From: Campylobacterales bacterium
Lineage (GTDB): Bacteria; Campylobacterota; Campylobacteria; Campylobacterales; Hydrogenimonadaceae
Direction of reading: 5' to 3'
DNA: 64,000 nucleotides
Assembly: GCA_027065515.1 (NCBI GenBank)
Contig: JAMOOM010000151.1
Coordinates: 8,038 to 72,037 of the forward strand
A model generated the notes under the pieces. It did not search any database and had not been told where the DNA came from. It saw only the letters and a program-made list of their open reading frames with translations. Positions 57,253 to 64,000 of this stretch are shown one piece after another. Numbering within the stretch: the first letter of the stretch is position 1; the number at the start of each line of letters is the position of its first letter. Position numbers and translations under genes: made by a program.

Positions 57253-58979
57253 GCAAACATATCGTAGTCGATCCGATTACTCGGATAGAAGGGCATCTTC
57301 GTATCGAGGCGGTTATCGACGATAACAACACCATCGTGGATGCCTATAGCTCATCCACTATGTTCAGAGGCATCGAAACGATCCTGAAAGGACGTGATCC
57401 ACGCGATTGTGGATTGCTGGCAATGCGTATTTGTGGAGTATGTACAGGGACCCATTATCAAAGAAGTATCGAGGCGGTAGAGAATGCATTCGATATTACC
57501 ATTCCCAAAAATGCCCGCTTGGTACGCAATCTGATTCAGGGGGCACTTTATATTCACGACCATGTCGTTCATTTCTACCATCTTCATGCACTCGATTGGG
57601 TAGATATCACTTCCGCCCTCAAAGCCGATCCAAAAAAGACAGCGGAAGAGGCGCGGAAGTGGGCCGGAATTTCTGGTGAAAAACCATGGACAGACAGCGA
57701 GAGTGAATTTGCGCAGGTCCAAGAGAGAGTGGCCAAATTTGTCAAACAGGGGCGTCTTGGAATCTTTGGAAACGGCTATTGGGGCAATAAACATTACAAG
57801 CTGACGCCCGAGCAGAATCTGCTGGGTGTAACCCACTATCTTCAGGCTCTCGACATGCAGCGCGATATGGCGAAGATGATGGCAATCTTCGGTGGGAAAA
57901 ATCCACACCCTCAGAGTATAGTAGTCGGCGGCGTGACTTGCGTGCAGGATATTCAAAATCCTTCTCGTATAGCACTCTTCAAAACCCTGTTGCTATCTGC
58001 GAGAAAATTTGTCAAACAGGCTTATCTTCCAGATGTCTATATGGCAGGCACGATGTATGCCGATGAAGCACTCGACGGCACAGGAGGAGGATTGAAAAAC
58101 TATATGTCCTATGGAGGTTTCCGCCTTGATGATACTGGATTTTACAAATCTGCTCTTCTGTTTCCTGATGGCTTGGTGCTGAATGGAGATCTCGACAGAG
58201 TAATTCCGATAGACCAGAATAAGATCGCAGAAGATGTGGCTCACGCATGGTATGAAGGAGACAAGCCACTCCACCCCTTCGACGGACGTACAGATCCGAA
58301 ATATACCGGCTTTGGAAAAAAAGAGGATGGTGTAGCCTATCTCGATACGAAGAATAAATATAGCTGGATCAAGTCGCCTATCTACGATGACAATCGTGTT
58401 GAAGTTGGGCCGTTGGCGCGGATGATCGTAGGTGTTGCAGCCAAAGACAAGCGCATTACGGAATATGTGACGAAGTTTCTCAAAAATGGCAATTTGCCAA
58501 CGAAGGTTCTGTTCTCTACGGTTGGACGCACCGCTGGTCGTGCTATCGAAACTGAAATAATGGCCGATGTGATGGTGGAGTGGGTCGATGAATTGGCTTC
58601 CAACGTGGCGGCTGGAGATCTTTCCACTTGGACAGAATTCGATTTTGATGCCGTAAGCAAGAATGCCAAAGGTTATGGGATGGAGGAGGCACCTCGCGGT
58701 GCATTGGGCCACTGGATGCGCATAGAAGATGGCAAGGTCGCCAACTATCAAGCGATTGTGCCATCTACCTGGAATGCGGCTCCGCGCGATTACAAGGATC
58801 GTATGGGGGCGTACGAAGCGAGTCTCATCGGCACGAAAGTGGCCGATCCCGAGCAGCCACTTGAAATTTTACGCACGATTCACAGTTTCGATCCATGTAT
58901 TGCTTGCGCGGTGCATATTGTCGATACCAAGGGCAAAGAGCTTGGTGTGTACAAGGTTGATACGGCTTGTGCCGTTTAA
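57249..58979 (+). CDS. hydB: uptake [NiFe]-hydrogenase large subunit
   Basis: 576 aa with RIEGHLRIE, RICGVCTGTH and a C-terminal DPCIACAVH followed by a 15-aa cleavable extension. It overlaps hydA by 4 nt. Confidence 0.95.
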   Translation: MSKHIVVDPITRIEGHLRIEAVIDDNNTIVDAYSSSTMFRGIETILKGRDPRDCGLLAMRICGVCTGTHYQRSIEAVENAFDITIPKNARLVRNLIQGALYIHDHVVHFYHLHALDWVDITSALKADPKKTAEEARKWAGISGEKPWTDSESEFAQVQERVAKFVKQGRLGIFGNGYWGNKHYKLTPEQNLLGVTHYLQALDMQRDMAKMMAIFGGKNPHPQSIVVGGVTCVQDIQNPSRIALFKTLLLSARKFVKQAYLPDVYMAGTMYADEALDGTGGGLKNYMSYGGFRLDDTGFYKSALLFPDGLVLNGDLDRVIPIDQNKIAEDVAHAWYEGDKPLHPFDGRTDPKYTGFGKKEDGVAYLDTKNKYSWIKSPIYDDNRVEVGPLARMIVGVAAKDKRITEYVTKFLKNGNLPTKVLFSTVGRTAGRAIETEIMADVMVEWVDELASNVAAGDLSTWTEFDFDAVSKNAKGYGMEEAPRGALGHWMRIEDGKVANYQAIVPSTWNAAPRDYKDRMGAYEASLIGTKVADPEQPLEILRTIHSFDPCIACAVHIVDTKGKELGVYKVDTACAV

Positions 58980-58988
58980 GGAGATCGT

Positions 58989-59696
58989 ATGAAAAAGGTT
59001 GAATACCAAAATGTCAAGCGAATGACATCGACAGGGCGTATTATCCATTGGGTGAACGCTTTTGCCATTGTCGCCGCTGTAATTACGGGGCTTTATATCG
59101 CTCATCCATACTATCAGACTTTTATCGCTGATCCCGCAGTGGATAAATATGTAATGGCATGGAATCGGTGGATCCACTTTATCGGGGCGATCATACTGGA
59201 TGTCACATCTATCGTAATCGCTTATCTCTACTTTTTTAGCAGATTTGAAAAGCCGTATAAAAAGCTGATCCCTACAACCAAAAATATACGGGAATTCTTT
59301 GCGGTGCTGGGCAATCTTCTTACCCTCAATCGTCACAAAAATTTCGACAGCAGCCATAACGACAGTTTCAATACCGTCTATTTTACAATTTTACATCTGA
59401 TGCTGGTCTGGATGCTGCTTACAGGGCTTCAGCTCTATGTCCACGGTCTGGAGTCAGGAATCAGCTCCATAGGATCGTGGTGGCCTGCTCTTTTGCATCT
59501 GGCAACCGACTGGACAATTCCTGCTACCGGCGGGACACTGATGGATGTGCGTATCAGCCATCACGAGATGATGTGGTGGATTGTGGCATGGACGATGTTT
59601 CATATCTACTACCAGATATGGCGTACGATTTACTGGCAAGAAGGTGATATCACAATCGTTTTCGGCGGCAATAAATTCGTGAAGAAGGAAAAATAG
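58989..59696 (+). CDS. hydC: Ni/Fe-hydrogenase b-type cytochrome subunit
   Basis: 235 aa and four-TM, with the RIIHWVNAFAIV motif and conserved His ligands. Confidence 0.9.
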   Translation: MKKVEYQNVKRMTSTGRIIHWVNAFAIVAAVITGLYIAHPYYQTFIADPAVDKYVMAWNRWIHFIGAIILDVTSIVIAYLYFFSRFEKPYKKLIPTTKNIREFFAVLGNLLTLNRHKNFDSSHNDSFNTVYFTILHLMLVWMLLTGLQLYVHGLESGISSIGSWWPALLHLATDWTIPATGGTLMDVRISHHEMMWWIVAWTMFHIYYQIWRTIYWQEGDITIVFGGNKFVKKEK

Positions 59697-60248
59697 ATGG
59701 CTCTGCCTTCAACAGTCGTTATTGGCATTGGCAATATTCTTTTCAAGGATGAAGGAGTTGGTGTCTATGTCGCCAAATATATAGAAGAGAACTTCGATTT
59801 TTATCCCGCCATCGATATTGTCGATGGCGGTACTTTGGGCTTCAGGCTAATGAGCTATTACCAAAGTTACGAGAGGGTCTTGATTTTGGATACCGTAAGC
59901 ATTAAAGATACCCCCGGATCTATCTACAACCTTCCAGCTAAAGAGCTTCTGGGGTTGGGTGCATACCGCAACACCGCTCACGAAGTGGAAGTGGTGGAGA
60001 TGCTTGAAATCTGCTCTATGCTTGAAAAAATTGCCGAAGTGAGCGTTATCGGCATGGTGCCCGAAGACATCGATACTGTAGAGATCTCTTTGAGCGATAC
60101 GGTCAAAACGGCATTGCCGGCCATGGCTGCCGAAGCGATCAGGGAGCTTGGAAGCAAGGGATTTGAGGCTTCCGTCAAAAAAGGAAAGAGTCTTGATTCG
60201 ATAATTCGCTCATACAATGCTCCGACGATGGAAGCGCTGCATGGTTAG
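59697..60248 (+). CDS. hydD: hydrogenase maturation endopeptidase (HyaD/HybD family)
   Basis: 183 aa with GIGNILFKDEGVG and DGGTLG motifs. The start abuts the hydC stop. Confidence 0.9.
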   Translation: MALPSTVVIGIGNILFKDEGVGVYVAKYIEENFDFYPAIDIVDGGTLGFRLMSYYQSYERVLILDTVSIKDTPGSIYNLPAKELLGLGAYRNTAHEVEVVEMLEICSMLEKIAEVSVIGMVPEDIDTVEISLSDTVKTALPAMAAEAIRELGSKGFEASVKKGKSLDSIIRSYNAPTMEALHG

Positions 60249-60304
60249 GATGTTGGGCAGCATAATCTTTAAAAATTACACACAAATACAAGGAACCGGA
60301 CAAG

Positions 60305-62233
60305 ATGGCATTCGTTTTTGAATTGAATTTCCGCGCGCCCCATAATTATATAAAATGTTTTATCGAAGCTTTGGCGAAGGAGGAGGGCGTGAACGTTTCG
60401 GTTGCACGAAGCCATAATACTATAACTCTCGTAGGCGACGAAAAAGATGAAAAACTCTCGGTATTTTTGCAGAAACTCGGTTCTGTCCTGCCTGCTTCTT
60501 TCCATATGACCGGGTCTTCACATCGCATTATTTCAGAAGCTGTGCCAATATTAAAAAATATTATTGATAGGCCGTTACCGCATGCCGTTGGGCTTTGTAC
60601 GTATTGCATGAAGGATATCTTCGATCCCGCGTCGAGACGCTACTATTACCCCTTTACGATGTGTAATTGCTGTGGGCCACAATATCCGTTTTTCGAAGAG
60701 TATCCTTTCGATAGGGAACATACCCTGATGCGTTTTTTCACTCCATGCAAATCTTGCGAAAAAGAGCTCGCATCGAGTCCGTTCAGGAGGGATTTCCCTT
60801 TGATCTCATGTCATGTATGCGGAGTGCCTGTTTGTATGCGCGATGGAGCGAAAGAACGCTATGCCAACGATGCGGAAAGTTTCAAGACTCTTTTTGAAGT
60901 TGCAGCCAAAGCGCTGGATGACAAAAAGAGTGTCAAGATTAAAACGATGGCGGGGTGGCGACTCTTTTTCGATGCTTCTAAAACAAAAAGAGAGATGGAT
61001 AAAGTGATGTTGTTGACCGATGCGGCTCAAGCAGAGTGCTACTGTGCGCTAATTAAGCCTGAGGTTTATGCTTTGCTCTCTATCGAACGGCCACTGATCC
61101 ACGCTACCGTTGCAGACGAGTCGCTTCGCAAAATCTACGGAGAGACAACATCGCTGAAATATCCCGATGAGGGATTTACGATATTGTTGGCTAGAGAGTT
61201 GATAGAGATAGGACATGGGCATATCGCATATATTCCCTGCGATGAAGATACAAAAGCCGATTTCACTATCGATTTCGATCTTCCTATAGATCCCCAGCGA
61301 GAGCTTCGTCTTTCTATCAACAAGTCGGTATATCTTATCGTCGAAGGAGAGAGAGGGATTTTTCCCCAAAAAAGGAAAAAACGGAGTGATCGCATAGTGG
61401 CTGCATACGGTATGGCGGCAGTACCGACGCAAGAGGGCATGCTTTTCGATCGAATGGAAAAAATAGGAAAGGCGGAAGCCTCGCAGCTATGGGTGCTTGA
61501 GGGGGAGGATCCAATACTCCATCATTCCAACACCCGATATTTTTCCCAGGATATAGCATCTGTAATGTCGGTGCTTTACGAACATGAGAAAATGCACGAA
61601 AGTGCAATCGGGTGCTATTTTGGCAAAGAGCCGACTTTCATCTTTCATAATGGTAAAAAACCTATGGTCGCCGTACCTGCTATGGCATTTTCACCGAAAG
61701 ATCTTGGTGCACGGTTGAGCAGCCTGAGGGAAGGATCCGATCGGCTTGTGGAGAATTTTACAAAAAAATTCCCCCGTATTGCCGAAAAACTCTTTGAACG
61801 GGAAGAGGTTCTGGATATCTTCGATGCGGCTGCGTGCATTATGGAGTTGGAAGATGAAAGCCTGGAGAGAGTGGAGAAAGAGGCACTGAAATTTCATGGC
61901 AAAGGAGGATTGCAGATCGATACCAAGCTCAAGAACAATCGCTTCGATCCTTATGCATTTATTGCCAGCATTATGAGTTATCGTCTGGCAGGGGTAGAGA
62001 GTCCCTTGCTGGCATACTCTATTTTCGAATCTTTTGGAGATTACGTAGTGGAAATTATTACGGAACTCAAATCCCGCTCCAAAGCGGACAATATAGTACT
62101 ATGCGGCAGGACATTCGGCAATCCATCTCTATTTAGCCGGGTGCAGAAGAAGCTGGGTGTGAAAAGCTTTTTAATGAATGAATCCTTACCTATAGATAGG
62201 GAGAATGCGCTTTTTGGTGCGCTGGCGTTGTAA
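60305..62233 (+). CDS. HypF-like degenerate paralogue in the hydE position (function unknown)
   Basis: 642 aa and collinear with HypF. It has a degenerate acylphosphatase-like N-region, and both HypF-type zinc fingers are intact (CTYC...CNCCGPQY, CKSC...CHVCG). Its YrdC-like region has KTMAGWRLFFD where hypF has KGLGGFHLMCD. Its C-terminus reads VLCGRTFGN...DRENALFGA where HypF has SGG...DGG..LGQ. Confidence 0.7.
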   Translation: MAFVFELNFRAPHNYIKCFIEALAKEEGVNVSVARSHNTITLVGDEKDEKLSVFLQKLGSVLPASFHMTGSSHRIISEAVPILKNIIDRPLPHAVGLCTYCMKDIFDPASRRYYYPFTMCNCCGPQYPFFEEYPFDREHTLMRFFTPCKSCEKELASSPFRRDFPLISCHVCGVPVCMRDGAKERYANDAESFKTLFEVAAKALDDKKSVKIKTMAGWRLFFDASKTKREMDKVMLLTDAAQAECYCALIKPEVYALLSIERPLIHATVADESLRKIYGETTSLKYPDEGFTILLARELIEIGHGHIAYIPCDEDTKADFTIDFDLPIDPQRELRLSINKSVYLIVEGERGIFPQKRKKRSDRIVAAYGMAAVPTQEGMLFDRMEKIGKAEASQLWVLEGEDPILHHSNTRYFSQDIASVMSVLYEHEKMHESAIGCYFGKEPTFIFHNGKKPMVAVPAMAFSPKDLGARLSSLREGSDRLVENFTKKFPRIAEKLFEREEVLDIFDAAACIMELEDESLERVEKEALKFHGKGGLQIDTKLKNNRFDPYAFIASIMSYRLAGVESPLLAYSIFESFGDYVVEIITELKSRSKADNIVLCGRTFGNPSLFSRVQKKLGVKSFLMNESLPIDRENALFGALAL

Positions 62234-64000
62234 GATCTCAGGTGTAGTGCAGGGGGTTGGTTTTAGGCCTACCGTCTATCGATATGCTACAAGGGCCGAG
62301 CTTGGTGGCTGGATCCGCAATGATAGCGATGGAGTGACGCTGGAGGTAGAGGGCCCAAAAGAGGCTGTGAAAGCTTTTGTGAGACGAATAGAGGAGGAGC
62401 CTCCCTCTCTTGCGCGTATTGACACAATCGAGATAGAATCTATACGGATTGTCGGTGAGCGGGATTTTATAATACAACCATCCAAGGATTCGGGAGATAA
62501 AAAAAGCCCCATCTTGCCCGATATAGCAGTTTGTGAAACATGTCTTAAAGAGATGCGCGATCCCACTGACAGGCGTTTTGGCTATCCTTTTATAAACTGT
62601 ACAGAGTGTGGTCCTCGATACACGATCACAAAAACCATCCCCTATGATCGCCCTAATACTTCGATGGCGATTTTTGGGATGTGTGATGCCTGCCGTATGG
62701 AATACGAAGATGCTGCAAGCCGTCGTTATCATGCTCAGCCTATCGCCTGCCCCGAATGTGGACCTCGTTTGAATATGAGATTGAAAAATGAAAATTTCAA
62801 AGAGGAAAGCGCAAATCCCAAAGATAGCGGCATCAACGATTCATTGATAGAAAAATGTGCCACCTTGCTCAAGGAGGGTGCCATTGTAGCAGTCAAAGGA
62901 TTGGGGGGTTTTCACCTGATGTGTGACGCCACCAACGATAAAACGGTAGAGCGCCTCAGAAAGCGCAAACGGCGACCTGACAAACCTTTCGCCTTGATGG
63001 TGAAAAATCTTGAAATGGCCAAGACGCTGGCGCATGTGAGTGAAAAGGAAGAGCATCTGCTTATGTCGAAAGAGAGTCCTATCGTTTTACTAAAAGCAAA
63101 GGCAACCATATGTACCCACTGGCCAAGCGAGAAAGTGACACCCGGAATAGATCGGTTTGGAGTGATGCTTCCTTATACGCCACTGCATCATCTGCTTTTC
63201 GATTATCTCGATATCCCGCTGGTGGCTACCAGTGCCAATTTGAGCGAAGAACCCATTGTTCGTGATTGTAGCGAGTTGGTGGCCAAATTGGGACATGTGG
63301 TCGATGCCGTACTAGATCACGATCGCCCTATAGAAAACGCCATCGATGACAGCGTAGTACAGGTAATAGGTGACAAATGGGTGCAGTGGCTGCGTGTAGC
63401 GCGTGGTGTGGCACCACTGAATCTGCCGGTAAAAAAACCGATTGAAAAGAAAATAATGGCCGTAGGTGCCAATCAAAAAAATACGATCGCTCTAGCTTTT
63501 GGGCACAATATAGTTCTATCCCCTCATATCGGTGATTTAAGTGGCATTGAGCCTATGGAATATTTTAAACGTACTGTTGCAACGTTCGAGCGATTTTACG
63601 ATTTTGCACCGGAAGCTCTTGTCCATGATCTTCATCCAAATTACGAAACCACCAAATGGGCCAAAAAGGTATCCTTCGCCAACCGTGTACTACCTGTCGC
63701 CGTAGCGGTACAGCATCACTATGCACATGTTTTGGCGGTGATGGCCGAACATGGCGTGGATAGAAAGGTGCTCGCTTTCGCGTGGGATGGAACAGGATAT
63801 GGCACAGATGACACGATTTGGGGAGGAGAGGTATTGTTGGCCGACGTCGAAGGATTTGAAAGAGTTGGACATCTGCGCTCCTTTAGATTGCTTGGTGGAG
63901 AAAAGGCCATCAGAGAGCCAAGGCGCGTCGCGTTGGCGATGCTGTTCGAGATTTTTTCCATAGATGAGGTATTGGCGATGCAAAACCCGACAGTGAGAGC
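62205..64000 (+). CDS. hypF: [NiFe]-hydrogenase maturation carbamoyltransferase HypF (3' end beyond the window)
   Basis: This ORF is not in the ORF track because no stop lies in the window. I translated it by hand. ATG at 62205 gives MRFLVRWRCKISGVVQGVGFRPTVYRYA (acylphosphatase domain). It also has zinc fingers (CETCLKEMRDPTDRRFGYPFINCTECGPRYT, CDACRMEYEDAASRRYHAQPIACPECGP) and a YrdC-like VKGLGGFHLMCDA. It overlaps the upstream ORF by 29 nt. Confidence 0.9.
   Translation, partial: MRFLVRWRCKISGVVQGVGFRPTVYRYATRAELGGWIRNDSDGVTLEVEGPKEAVKAFVRRIEEEPPSLARIDTIEIESIRIVGERDFIIQPSKDSGDKKSPILPDIAVCETCLKEMRDPTDRRFGYPFINCTECGPRYTITKTIPYDRPNTSMAIFGMCDACRMEYEDAASRRYHAQPIACPECGPRLNMRLKNENFKEESANPKDSGINDSLIEKCATLLKEGAIVAVKGLGGFHLMCDATNDKTVERLRKRKRRPDKPFALMVKNLEMAKTLAHVSEKEEHLLMSKESPIVLLKAKATICTHWPSEKVTPGIDRFGVMLPYTPLHHLLFDYLDIPLVATSANLSEEPIVRDCSELVAKLGHVVDAVLDHDRPIENAIDDSVVQVIGDKWVQWLRVARGVAPLNLPVKKPIEKKIMAVGANQKNTIALAFGHNIVLSPHIGDLSGIEPMEYFKRTVATFERFYDFAPEALVHDLHPNYETTKWAKKVSFANRVLPVAVAVQHHYAHVLAVMAEHGVDRKVLAFAWDGTGYGTDDTIWGGEVLLADVEGFERVGHLRSFRLLGGEKAIREPRRVALAMLFEIFSIDEVLAMQNPTVR

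Noticed and set aside
58930-58979. Possible selenocysteine in the uptake hydrogenase large subunit.
   Set aside because: The C-terminal motif is DPCIACAVH with ordinary Cys codons and no in-frame TGA, so this is a [NiFe] enzyme, not a [NiFeSe] enzyme.
1-64000. Window-wide look for CRISPR arrays, rRNA, transposases, integrases, toxin-antitoxin pairs and restriction-modification or other defence genes.
   Set aside because: I recognised none. All long ORFs are accounted for by metabolic, transport, flagellar or hydrogenase functions.

Overview
This is a 64-kb chromosomal segment of about 50% GC. Gene content and synteny point to a hydrogen-oxidising, chemolithoautotroph-type member of the Campylobacterota (Epsilonproteobacteria). 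The evidence is the aroQ-pepP-folK-flhF-flhG-x-fliA-fliM-fliY block in the same order as in Campylobacter and Helicobacter, a hydABCD-hydE-hypF cluster, and ppsA, pckA, a class I aldolase and a beta-carbonic anhydrase. I did not recognise the genus. I support 59 CDS (two run off the window edges), one tRNA-Pro, a few promoter or terminator candidates and one duplicated promoter/leader segment. I saw no rRNA, CRISPR array, transposase, integrase or phage genes. Genes are tightly packed, with many 1-4 nt start/stop overlaps, so most of the window consists of long translationally coupled operons. Most of it is ordinary housekeeping: gluconeogenesis, the flagellar regulatory operon, mnmA, prs, lepA, feoAB and uptake hydrogenase. 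The parts worth a second look are: (1) a four-gene operon with a Cys-less ArsC/LMW-PTP-like protein, an FGase-fold hydrolase, a DUF1704/QEGLA metallopeptidase and a GshB-type ATP-grasp ligase (24595-28803). (2) An amidoligase plus class-I-GATase pair coupled to a MacAB-type exporter (32325-38278). (3) A near-identical 51-54 bp promoter/leader shared by the operon in (1) and by feoAB. (4) A single 1316-aa ORF fusing a CPA-type cation/H+ antiporter to a complete P-type ATPase, followed by an MgtC-like gene. (5) A TetR gene translationally coupled to a Tat-less, extension-less group-2-type [NiFe] hydrogenase directly upstream of hydABCD. (6) A full-length but catalytically degenerate HypF paralogue (hydE position) overlapping the genuine hypF. 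All functional calls come from motif recognition by eye. No database search was run.
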